Shown here in pieces: positions 1 to 7,759 of a stretch of DNA of 64,000 nt. How positions within the stretch are numbered: the first letter of the stretch is position 1; each line of letters opens with the position of its first letter. The stretch spans positions 184,200 through 248,199 of the forward strand of contig CAYQYZ010000001.1 in the NCBI GenBank assembly GCA_964422025.1, read 5' to 3'. This DNA comes from an uncultured Gammaproteobacteria bacterium. GTDB lineage: Bacteria; Patescibacteriota; Microgenomatia; UBA1406; HO2-37-13b. The notes beneath the pieces were generated by a model. The model was given only the letters and a program-made list of their open reading frames with translations, did no database searches and was not told the DNA's origin. The translations under genes and the position numbers were made by a program.

Positions 1-832
1 TTGAAAGCCTAACCAAGTCGGTCTTACCTGAGGATGGAACCCCAACAAATAACACCCACAACATGACTGGGTTCTTGAAAAAACCCGACACTACTACTGC
101 AAGTAATAATTTTAATGCGATAGCTGAATCAGGTAAAAAGGCAAGAACCTTTTCTTCTACTTCTAAATAGGTAACTTTTTTTTCTAATAAAATAGGTTGT
201 GCAATAAGCGGAGTTTCTGTCCCGCTATTATCATCTGAAATATTACTTACTAAGTATCTTTCCGCCTTATTGCATAATTCCATAAACTCTTCTCTCGTGT
301 GCCCAAGTCTGAAAAAGTCACCAATATCTTTTACACCCAAATCTATTGGTAAGTTCACAATATATATCTGCAAAAGGGGATTTTGCTTTCTGAGAATTTC
401 AGCAACTTTCGGTGCACCATTGCGCCCAGCAACATCGGCATCGTAAACGATATAAAGTTTGTCCAAGTTTTTGAAGGATAAAGCAAATTCTTCTTTAAAT
501 CCATTTACTCCCCCCGTTGTCGTTATTGCTGGGATTTCAAATGATTCGCAAGTCAAGCAGTCAAGTTCGCCTTCACATAATACACACCACTCATTGCTTG
601 GTAGTGTAGAAGTAGGATAAAGAGTAACTGGAGTGCGTGATGGGTTAATATACTTGTTGCCGACATTCCAAAGTGGGCTTCTTCTAATCTTATATTGCGT
701 TTCATCAGTTTTGGGATTTTTAATAGGAATATAAAGTCGTCCAGCATCAAAACCAATCCCTCTGCTTTCCCAAACCAGTCGCTTAATCATATGTTCCTTT
801 TCGAGAAATTTAACCCAATCATCGTGGCTCAT
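1..832 (-). CDS. Phage/plasmid-type DNA primase-helicase (Toprim domain followed by P-loop NTPase). Partial: C-terminus lies beyond the window start
   Basis: Manual minus-strand translation from ATG at 832 is open to position 1. It gives Toprim motifs (CEGELDCL, YIVYDADVAGR) and a Walker A (GVPSSGKT) at the window edge. The ORF track only shows an internal wrong-frame ORF here. Confidence 0.65.
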   Translation of the reverse strand, partial: MSHDDWVKFLEKEHMIKRLVWESRGIGFDAGRLYIPIKNPKTDETQYKIRRSPLWNVGNKYINPSRTPVTLYPTSTLPSNEWCVLCEGELDCLTCESFEIPAITTTGGVNGFKEEFALSFKNLDKLYIVYDADVAGRNGAPKVAEILRKQNPLLQIYIVNLPIDLGVKDIGDFFRLGHTREEFMELCNKAERYLVSNISDDNSGTETPLIAQPILLEKKVTYLEVEEKVLAFLPDSAIALKLLLAVVVSGFFKNPVMLWVLFVGVPSSGKTDLVRLS

Positions 833-837
833 GCTTT

Positions 838-1086
838 TCATAAATTGTTAAGCAACTCACATGCGTGAGTAAATGTATAACTAAATTTCCTCATTACAAA
901 GTCAATTGCATTTCCACGTGCTTGGCAACCAAAACAATAAAAAGTGTTATCAGGATAGATATAGAATGATGGAGTCCTCTCATCGTGGAACATGCATAAG
1001 GTACATCTTTTACCGCCAATATTCCTTATTGGGGTTTCAATTAAGCTAGTAAAATCCTTTTTTCTTAATTCGTTTAAATTAATCAT
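838..1086 (-). CDS. CHC2-type zinc-finger protein (DnaG/primase N-terminal Zn-binding domain), separate ORF directly upstream of the Toprim ORF
   Basis: 82 aa with C-x2-C...C-x-G-C spacing (CTLCMFHDERTPSF...FYCFGCQARGNAIDF) typical of the primase zinc ribbon. Its stop at 838-840 overlaps the ATG at 832 of the Toprim ORF in another frame. Confidence 0.6.
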   Translation of the reverse strand: MINLNELRKKDFTSLIETPIRNIGGKRCTLCMFHDERTPSFYIYPDNTFYCFGCQARGNAIDFVMRKFSYTFTHACELLNNL

Positions 1087-1197
1087 GTCCCTATTTAATC
1101 ACATTGGGAAAAACCTGTCACTTTGGCTCGGTGACTTATTCGTGCCTGAAATTTTGCGAAATAATTTACTGGTGACTTTTTGGGAGGTTAAAATGAC

Positions 1198-1680
1198 TTA
1201 TTTATGCTTAACTTCTTTCGATGCTTGTATGGTTCGGGGAGAATATATAAGTTGATAAAAAGAATCTATTTTTAAACCATTATTTTTTTCTGTATCAATC
1301 GTAAAACCCCAAATTACAATTTTGCGCTGCAATCTTCCCTTTAATTTTGAGCAGGCCTCTGTTGGAACATCTATCCGTAAACTACGGAGGCTATGAGGTT
1401 CTAAATCAGAAAGAATATCAAGAAGAGACCTTTCTTTTTTTCCTAATTTTGCTATTTTCTTAATTCTAGCTAGTTCCTTTTGTGTTGTCCTTTTTGGAAC
1501 TTTCTTTAAGATATCACTAGATTTATCTGGTATTAATGGAGTGTGTTTATTGGATAATCTTTTATTGATTTTTTTTAATTCCTTAAAGATGTCGTCGTTT
1601 TTCATTACACCTGTTACCATACCAGCAGGATTTTGTATTAAATCATAATCTTCCTCTGGGAAGTAATTGGTATCTACCAT
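1198..1680 (-). CDS. Hypothetical protein, 160 aa, lysine-rich, no recognised domain
   Basis: ORF track; same strand as the primase module, so likely co-operonic. Confidence 0.4.
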   Translation of the reverse strand: MVDTNYFPEEDYDLIQNPAGMVTGVMKNDDIFKELKKINKRLSNKHTPLIPDKSSDILKKVPKRTTQKELARIKKIAKLGKKERSLLDILSDLEPHSLRSLRIDVPTEACSKLKGRLQRKIVIWGFTIDTEKNNGLKIDSFYQLIYSPRTIQASKEVKHK

Positions 1681-1710
1681 AAAAAAAGCCTCTGTGGTGG
1701 TGCACAGAGG
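1681..1710 (-). terminator. Rho-independent terminator downstream of the 1790..2452 gene
   Basis: Inverted repeat cctctgtg / cacagagg (1689-1696 and 1703-1710, 6-nt loop), followed on the minus strand by a T7 run (A-run 1681-1687 on plus). Confidence 0.55.
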
Positions 1711-1789
1711 ACTTTCTCTACAATTATATTATAGTTGCACCACCAACTGTTTGTTCACTATTATATACCCATTTAAAGCGTTACGAGCA

Positions 1790-2452
1790 TTAGTTTCCTG
1801 CACATGAAGAAGCAGCCATCATCACATCAGAAGGAAATTGATTAGTTCGTTTATACTCAGCTTCAATTTGCGCAAATTCATGCATCACATAGTTCGTCTC
1901 AAAGTAGTTAAGAAGACAATTACAATAGTGCTGTTGTTGACTGAGATCTATATCACCAATATTTTTATAGCAACTATTTAAAAATGCGGTGCGCACGGTT
2001 ACTGGATACACATTACCGATTTTGCTAGTAGGAATAGCTGCTGCATGACTTTCCGGTTCTCCGAATTGATTTATAGCTGTTTCAGTTTCTGTATTTTGAG
2101 TATCAGTAGAATATTGTGTTGATGTTTTTGTATAGTCTTGTATAACCCAACCTATCACGATTAGTAAGGCTATCAATACAGTAATAATGCCTGCAGCTGT
2201 ACTCCATGATGCATCTTCCTTATTATTCTCCTTTGTTTTTGGCTTTTCATGGTAAGCCGCCTTCTCTTCTTTATCGTCGAAACCTCCTTCGATACCAATT
2301 TGTGTAAATAACCATAATACCCACGTACCAATTCCACCAAGAACGAGCCATAACACAAAGGCTAGTGCGTCTAGATGAAATAGGGAATTAACTAATTGGA
2401 ACAAGTAAAAGATGAGCCACCCAATGAAAAATATAATCCATCTCATATGCAT
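1790..2452 (-). CDS. Hypothetical membrane protein with 3-4 predicted TM helices and a Cys-containing C-terminal domain
   Basis: 220 aa. Hydrophobic N-terminus (WIIFFIGWLIFYLFQLV..., VLWLVLGGIGTWVLWLF) and a second TM (IITVLIALLIVIGWVI). Transcribed divergently from the XRE gene. Confidence 0.5.
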   Translation of the reverse strand: MHMRWIIFFIGWLIFYLFQLVNSLFHLDALAFVLWLVLGGIGTWVLWLFTQIGIEGGFDDKEEKAAYHEKPKTKENNKEDASWSTAAGIITVLIALLIVIGWVIQDYTKTSTQYSTDTQNTETETAINQFGEPESHAAAIPTSKIGNVYPVTVRTAFLNSCYKNIGDIDLSQQQHYCNCLLNYFETNYVMHEFAQIEAEYKRTNQFPSDVMMAASSCAGN

Positions 2453-2516
2453 TGTATTCTACATTCACATATACGCACATAGCAAGTAGTAATTTATGCC
2501 TAATTGCTCGCTTTAA

Positions 2517-2545
2517 GCTAGTCGCTTTTCTAGCCTTCAGCTAGC
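2517..2545. promoter_or_regulatory. Operator-like inverted/direct repeats in the divergent intergenic region upstream of the XRE regulator
   Basis: GCTAG (2517-2521) ... CTAGC (2530-2534) ... GCTAGC palindrome (2540-2545), sitting 12-40 nt upstream of the ATG at 2557. Confidence 0.3.
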
Positions 2546-2556
2546 AAAATAGTCTC

Positions 2557-2775
2557 ATGTCAGAAAGGATAACTAAAACAAAACTTAGATTGGGGAAAAA
2601 GATTCAACGAATAAGAGGTTTGCACCATCTTACTCAGGAGGAATTATCTGAAAAATTGAATATTAGCAGAACTCATCTAGGACATGTGGAACAAGGCCGT
2701 AAATCACCTTCGATGAAACTCCTAGAGAAAATAGCAAAAATACTTAAAGTAAAACCTCAGGATCTTTTTCCTTAA
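2557..2775 (+). CDS. XRE-family (Cro/CI-like) helix-turn-helix transcriptional regulator
   Basis: 72 aa. LGKKIQRIRGLHHLTQEELSEKLNISRTHLGHVEQGRKSPSMKLLEKIAKIL is a canonical HTH_XRE pattern (Q-x-x-L-A...S...I...E-x-G). Divergent from the primase/membrane gene set. Confidence 0.8.
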   Translation: MSERITKTKLRLGKKIQRIRGLHHLTQEELSEKLNISRTHLGHVEQGRKSPSMKLLEKIAKILKVKPQDLFP

Positions 2776-2899
2776 AAATATTTTGCGTATTTAGAAGGGG
2801 GTAGACTATAGCGTTGTCAATATTACTTTGGGTGGGGTAGGGGTCTCTTATGAGGGTATTTGGATCTCGATTTGCTTAAATTATAGTATAATCTTAGAC

Positions 2900-3331
2900 A
2901 TGGATAAAAATACATCACAACTTCGCTCTGTATCTGCTATTACTGCAACTACAGCACATAATGCAGTTAGCGTTGCTTTTGCAGAAGCAACAAAAGCAGG
3001 TGTTAATATTTCTGTTGCGGTGGTAGATACGTCCCTTACACTTATTGCCTTCGCTAAAGGCGATGGTTCTACTGCTCATAGTGCAGAAACAAGCAAACGA
3101 AAAGCGAATACAGCAGCATCTACTGGAAAAGCAACAGGTTGGATGGATTCAAATCTTGCCACAACGCTTCCTATGGCTTCAGGAAACATACTGACCAATA
3201 TTCCAGGTGGTGTTCCGCTTCGATTCGATGGAGTTCTCGGCGGTGGACTGGGAATTGCTGGCGGAACGGTTGAACAAGATAACGCAATCGCTCACGCTAC
3301 TTTGCTTGCTATTGGCGCTGATACTGCTTGA
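2900..3331 (+). CDS. GlcG/HbpS-like (DUF336) putative heme/cofactor-binding protein
   Basis: Gly/Ala-rich pattern (AAHNAVSVAFAEATKAGVNISVAVVD...GGVPLRFDGVLGGGLGIAGGT) typical of DUF336. I chose the internal ATG at 2900. The ORF-track start at 2828 adds an implausible N-terminal extension. Confidence 0.55.
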   Translation: MDKNTSQLRSVSAITATTAHNAVSVAFAEATKAGVNISVAVVDTSLTLIAFAKGDGSTAHSAETSKRKANTAASTGKATGWMDSNLATTLPMASGNILTNIPGGVPLRFDGVLGGGLGIAGGTVEQDNAIAHATLLAIGADTA

Positions 3332-4746
3332 TACGTGTTTTGTCGCAATCCGTGAATATTATTTCTTCTCTTTTTGACAGTTTCTTCATCTGTCCCTGCA
3401 GTAACCAAAATATTTCCCAACTCCATGCCTTGGGGTGTTGCAACGTAGTACGGAGCGAATCTATTGATAACCATAAGCTCTTTCGGTTTCGAGCGACTAT
3501 TACGAATGTGACTTACGGGGAATCGTGCAGACTCTTGGAATCGTTGAATAACCCAATAGCTTCCGCCATCCAGAGGTTCAGTAAGTGCGGATTCTAGCGC
3601 CCGTTTCCACGAATCAAGGTGAACATCTTCTGAGATTACCAAACCCTTTGATCCGGTTGAACCATCCGTATCTCCACCCCGTTTTAATACCATTTGGAAT
3701 TCTGGTTTTAATTGTGCGACATCATCAATAGTAAATTGCTCTGATCCGATTCGTACTAAACTACTAGTTGAATCGACTACTCCTGTAGGCGCATGCAAAT
3801 CCTGTAAATCTTGCTGTCGATCAAATACTGTTCCGTAAGCAGGATCAAAAAGTGTGCTCAGTAAGATTTTATCCGACAATGGCAATACGGATCCCAACAT
3901 ATCAACTTTGCCGTGCAGAGATGCTCGTACAAGTGCAACTTCAGATTCAAAACTTTTTCCTTTACTAAAGCCTGGGAGCTTGAATTCTCGATCAACAACG
4001 TCAAGTACAATTCGATTGCCGTCCTCTTCAAGGTATACTACATCTTCGCCGTATCTAATGTCGGACAATCGAGCAGTACGCCACGTAATTCCACGCCGTT
4101 TTCCTATTTCGGATGCAATCCGTGCAAAATATCTATTTTGCGAATCATACTCATTTCTGTAATCATCGGGGAGTATGGTAGCTACTTGAATAACTCCTTT
4201 ACCTCCGTGTCTTTGGCTAATTTGTCTTACGAATAATTGAGCTAGATTGGCTCCAATAACTTCCTTTCCTAAAAACTGTCGTGAATAATCGTTGACTCCT
4301 TGAGTATTGCCTTTATCAGCGCCACCATCTGCATTGTATTCAATAACAGTAAAGTCACCATTCGCATCAATAATCATGTCAGGACGTGAACTAAATACCC
4401 GTTCACCTTTCTTTGCCGCTTCAATCCACAATGCAATTGTTTCATCTGGAACTCCTGCAGTTATATATCGATTGAGTTGTTGTAATGATGGAGATAAATT
4501 TCGAGTACTTGGATTCAGTGCATTTCGTAGTAATGAAGCTGATCCATGGTGAAATGAGTGAATTAGCTCAGGTACATCCGTACCAAGAAATAATTCTTGC
4601 CTTTCAGTTACCTCATGAGTATTGAGTGCCAATGTCCAAGAAGCATCACCATTATCACGGGGTTTATCGCCATAGTAAAGATCATGCTCAGTTAAGTAAC
4701 CTTCAATTTGCGATGCAATTAGTTGTGGATCGTATTCGTTTTTCAT
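3292..4746 (-). CDS. Glutathionylspermidine-synthase family (pre-ATP-grasp, GspS/YgiC-like) protein
   Basis: 484 aa. The EYNAD motif (FTVIEYNADGGADKG) recalls the conserved LLEYNADTP of GSP_synth/YgiC-type ATP-grasp enzymes. No search was possible, so the family call is tentative. Confidence 0.45.
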   Translation of the reverse strand: MKNEYDPQLIASQIEGYLTEHDLYYGDKPRDNGDASWTLALNTHEVTERQELFLGTDVPELIHSFHHGSASLLRNALNPSTRNLSPSLQQLNRYITAGVPDETIALWIEAAKKGERVFSSRPDMIIDANGDFTVIEYNADGGADKGNTQGVNDYSRQFLGKEVIGANLAQLFVRQISQRHGGKGVIQVATILPDDYRNEYDSQNRYFARIASEIGKRRGITWRTARLSDIRYGEDVVYLEEDGNRIVLDVVDREFKLPGFSKGKSFESEVALVRASLHGKVDMLGSVLPLSDKILLSTLFDPAYGTVFDRQQDLQDLHAPTGVVDSTSSLVRIGSEQFTIDDVAQLKPEFQMVLKRGGDTDGSTGSKGLVISEDVHLDSWKRALESALTEPLDGGSYWVIQRFQESARFPVSHIRNSRSKPKELMVINRFAPYYVATPQGMELGNILVTAGTDEETVKKRRNNIHGLRQNTYQAVSAPIASKVA

Positions 4747-4922
4747 ACCATAAAAAAACCCCGCCTTTGCGGGGTTAGCAAAAAGAAAAGATAGTGTACT
4801 AACTATCTACCCCGCAAAAAGGCAGGGTGCAACAACAAGGACTATTTAAATTTGTATTTTTCGCTTTCATGATGTGTATTGTATTTTACTCGTTCCTAAA
4901 AAGCAACTGCATTGTGCTTACT

Positions 4923-5423
4923 ATGAAAGGGCAGTATACTTTAAACATGATTACGACAATCCTATCAGATTTCTCTCGTGTTATTCTAAATCCAAAGGAT
5001 TCGACATATCCAGGCTCACTTAACGGACTGTATAAGGAATTAATAGCACGTGGAAAAGAATTTAATTTCGATGATTATTATGTTTTTAATGATGAGCTGC
5101 TTGAGATTTATGAGGAACTTAAACAAAAATATTCAATGAATATTTTTACTAGCGGCTCCATTCAGAAAAATTCTTCAGAAGTCCGAGCAAGAATCGATCC
5201 AATTTTTGAGAATATATTTACAGCACAGGATTATGAACTTAATAAGGAAGATCCACACGCATATCTTTTTATTGCTGAAAAATTAGGAGTCAAACCCGAA
5301 GAAATTCTTTATATTGACGATCTTAGGGAGAATGTGGATGCCGCAGCAAAAGCAAATTTGGTTGCAATGCAGTTTATAACAAATGGAGAGTTGAAAACAG
5401 TTATTCGTGAAATTCTGCTGTGA
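4923..5423 (+). CDS. HAD-superfamily hydrolase-like protein
   Basis: C-terminal YIDDLRENVDAAAKANL resembles HAD motif III/IV. I chose the internal start (MKGQYTLNMITTILSDFSRV), because the ORF-track start at 4827 adds a hydrophobic extension. Motif I is degenerate. Confidence 0.4.
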   Translation: MKGQYTLNMITTILSDFSRVILNPKDSTYPGSLNGLYKELIARGKEFNFDDYYVFNDELLEIYEELKQKYSMNIFTSGSIQKNSSEVRARIDPIFENIFTAQDYELNKEDPHAYLFIAEKLGVKPEEILYIDDLRENVDAAAKANLVAMQFITNGELKTVIREILL

Positions 5424-5451
5424 TAATGGCGTCCAAATATATATTTGCTGT

Positions 5452-5910
5452 TTATCTCCTGACTTCTGCGAGCATCTCTTGAGACTGGGTTTCTACATTC
5501 TGTAATTCCTCCAAAACCTCTTCGTATGTAAGTGAGTTTAGTTGAAATGCGAAGGTATGATCAAGCTCATGTGTTCTATCAACATATACACCTTTCAGCT
5601 TAAGAAGCTCGATATTTGCCTTTAATACAGTTTCTGCGCTGATTTTTTCAGGTTTGAAATTGGCAATTGTGCCAATATTACTTGTAACCGCAGACACGGA
5701 TAGACCTTGCGCGCTCAAAGCCTCGTCTATTGCCTCTCTAACCTCAGGTTTACGGAGGTTCTCGCTTCCTATTGACGTTGCAACAGCTCTACTTTTTACA
5801 TCGTAGGATTGCATTACAGCATCGGTAGGAGATTCACCACTCATTACATGTTTAACAAAAACTGCTTGTTTCCGTGTGAGTTTTTTATTAAGTTTTGTTT
5901 CTCTACCCAT
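5452..5910 (-). CDS. Phage terminase small subunit (TerS-like)
   Basis: 152 aa. N-terminal LTRKQAVFVKHVMSGESPTDAVMQSYDVKS matches the terminase small-subunit HTH region (LT-x-KQ-x-F...Y...NAT-x-A). No large terminase is adjacent, so it is an orphan. Confidence 0.55.
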   Translation of the reverse strand: MGRETKLNKKLTRKQAVFVKHVMSGESPTDAVMQSYDVKSRAVATSIGSENLRKPEVREAIDEALSAQGLSVSAVTSNIGTIANFKPEKISAETVLKANIELLKLKGVYVDRTHELDHTFAFQLNSLTYEEVLEELQNVETQSQEMLAEVRR

Positions 5911-5982
5911 AAATTCATTTTAGCATCATTTATCTCTAATTTCTAAGGTGCGTTTTTAAGAAGAAAGCGATATAATCGGATC

Positions 5983-7758
5983 ATGAAAAAAGATCAATAT
6001 GAAAAGCTAATTGCCGATATTGAAGCACAATCATTTGACATAAAGTATGACTTTGAGATTGCAGAAGCATTCAGTAGGCTCATTGAAGATCATAAAGATA
6101 GATTTACCACAGAGCAAGAGAAGCAACTAAAATGGGAGTTTTTACTGTTCCGGCTGATGACAAAAAACCACTTTGCATCTGACGGCTTGAAGACTGAGCG
6201 GTTTGTCCCAATGGCCACGTTCAATGATGGGAGCATTTTCCCAGATCCCAACTCATTTGCTGAGTCAGCACTTTTATACTTTGCGAGTAGAGCAAAAGAA
6301 TCAAAGAATCCAATTTTAAAAGCACGGTACTTAGATTTTTTATGGGAAAAGTCAAAGGATAAAAAGAAACATTTTTTTGCAATTGAAGCTATTGACCAGT
6401 ACTTACTTACAGTAGATTCCTACCAGGTAGAAGAAGCAATTATAGAACGGCTTGATGGCCTGCAAAGGGCGACTGAACTTGCGCTTATTTTTGAAGCTAA
6501 AAAGACCGAGCAACCACTATGCAGCAAGGTTGTTGCCAAGCTTAATGAGCTTATTGAAACAACAGCAAAGGATAAGAAATACCGATGGCTAATTGAGATG
6601 TTTGAGCTTGTTTTGACCCTTCCATCGTTCTACTCTGAAAAACAGGTTAAAGAGTTTATTTCTTTATGTGAGGCTGCTGCAGAGAGTTATCACGCTGATC
6701 AAAACTTCCATTTGCAAAGACATTTTTTGCAGCTAAAAGCAGACCTAATAAAACTCATAAACACTGCTACCAATCCTCAAAAAGCTGTGGATGAAGAGAT
6801 TGGTAAGGCCTGGATTGATGAAGCGGAAGCAAAATCTGGAAGCGGTCTTGTCAAAGTGCATTTTCTTCAACAAGCCATTGATCATTATTCCAAATTAGGA
6901 AATATGAAGAAAGTGGAAGAGCTTGTAACAGAAGTTAAAGCAGCTACTAAACAAGCCATTGATAACAAGGAGTTCAAACAGTTTTCCTCTACAGTTGAAA
7001 TGAAAAAAGAGGATGTCGAGAAAATGAAAGCAAGTCTTGGTACAGGTGAGGAAGTGCCTGAGAGAATTGGGACAGTGCCAACATTTTTCCCTAATTGGGA
7101 TCAGGCAGTAAAGATGACAGAGAAGCATCGTAAGGAGTTTGTCTTCTTGCATATGGTCAATAAGGTTAGTTATGGCCAGGAGTATCCCATAAGCTCTCCT
7201 CAAACTCCTGAGGAGCAACAGGAAGATCAAGTAATGGACAACTTCAAAATTATTGCTGACCTTTCACTCCAGTGGCTTACCAGTTTCTTAGAGGAGTTAA
7301 AAAAGGAGAAGAAAGTATCATTAAAGGATTTCCAAAAGTTTTTTTCATTTCTGAAGGCTGTTGATGAAGATACTCATGAAACTGTTTTGCAGGGATTAGG
7401 TTCATACTTCAAAGGCGATCATTTCAATGCAACTTATGTTTTAACACTACAATTGGAGGATTTCTTGAGACGATTACTTGCTGGTTTTGGGAAGGAAACT
7501 ACAATGCCTGAGAAAGGGGCTTTCAGAGAGAAAACATTGGGGCCAGTACTCCGTGAACTGAAAGTATATATCCCAGAGCCAATTTACCGGTATATTTGTT
7601 GGGTAATGGTAGATTATCGTGGCTTCAACCTGAGGAATGATATTGCCCATGGCTTTTTCAAGAAGAAGAGAGCAAACCCCATCTATTCAACTGCAGTCAT
7701 CCATATTTTCTGCCTACTGATCGCAAATACAAAGATATCTATTAAGGAGAGGAAATAA
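5983..7758 (+). CDS. Large all-alpha-helical protein with a C-terminal HEPN-like R-x4-H motif (DUF4209-like). Candidate effector of a two-gene defence cassette
   Basis: 591 aa with no Walker A. The C-terminus (YICWVMVDYRGFNLRNDIAHGFF) carries RN-x3-H. This matches the RNxxxH signature I recall for DUF4209 and the HEPN R-x4-6-H RNase motif. A 1-nt gap separates it from the next gene. Confidence 0.55.
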   Translation: MKKDQYEKLIADIEAQSFDIKYDFEIAEAFSRLIEDHKDRFTTEQEKQLKWEFLLFRLMTKNHFASDGLKTERFVPMATFNDGSIFPDPNSFAESALLYFASRAKESKNPILKARYLDFLWEKSKDKKKHFFAIEAIDQYLLTVDSYQVEEAIIERLDGLQRATELALIFEAKKTEQPLCSKVVAKLNELIETTAKDKKYRWLIEMFELVLTLPSFYSEKQVKEFISLCEAAAESYHADQNFHLQRHFLQLKADLIKLINTATNPQKAVDEEIGKAWIDEAEAKSGSGLVKVHFLQQAIDHYSKLGNMKKVEELVTEVKAATKQAIDNKEFKQFSSTVEMKKEDVEKMKASLGTGEEVPERIGTVPTFFPNWDQAVKMTEKHRKEFVFLHMVNKVSYGQEYPISSPQTPEEQQEDQVMDNFKIIADLSLQWLTSFLEELKKEKKVSLKDFQKFFSFLKAVDEDTHETVLQGLGSYFKGDHFNATYVLTLQLEDFLRRLLAGFGKETTMPEKGAFREKTLGPVLRELKVYIPEPIYRYICWVMVDYRGFNLRNDIAHGFFKKKRANPIYSTAVIHIFCLLIANTKISIKERK

Positions 7759-7759
7759 T

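Noticed and set aside
553-756. ORF-track minus-strand ORF (67 aa)
   Set aside because: Lies in a different frame inside the long open Toprim/helicase frame that I translated manually (ATG 832 down to position 1). It has no domain signal, and the Toprim frame has clear motifs.
992-1255. Plus-strand 87-aa ORF
   Set aside because: Antisense to the CHC2 zinc-finger gene, with low-complexity hydrophobic translation. A shadow ORF.
2173-2358. Minus-strand 61-aa ORF
   Set aside because: Embedded in another frame of the 1790..2452 membrane-protein gene. Arg/Lys-rich frame-shadow.
3328-4552. Four plus-strand ORFs (3328..3597, 3854..4162, 3913..4236, 4307..4552)
   Set aside because: All are antisense within the 484-aa minus-strand gene 3292..4746, which has a coherent domain-like sequence. 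Treated as shadow ORFs.
4752-4790. Hairpin ccccgc-ctttg-cgggg with flanking A-run (a T-run on the minus strand) between divergent gene starts
   Set aside because: It sits upstream of both flanking gene starts, not downstream of a gene. It may be an insulating terminator for read-through from the TerS operon, but I could not assign it confidently. Not listed as a feature.
6895-7230. Minus-strand 111-aa ORF inside the DUF4209-like gene
   Set aside because: Antisense shadow of a 591-aa ORF with a clean start and a tightly coupled downstream partner.
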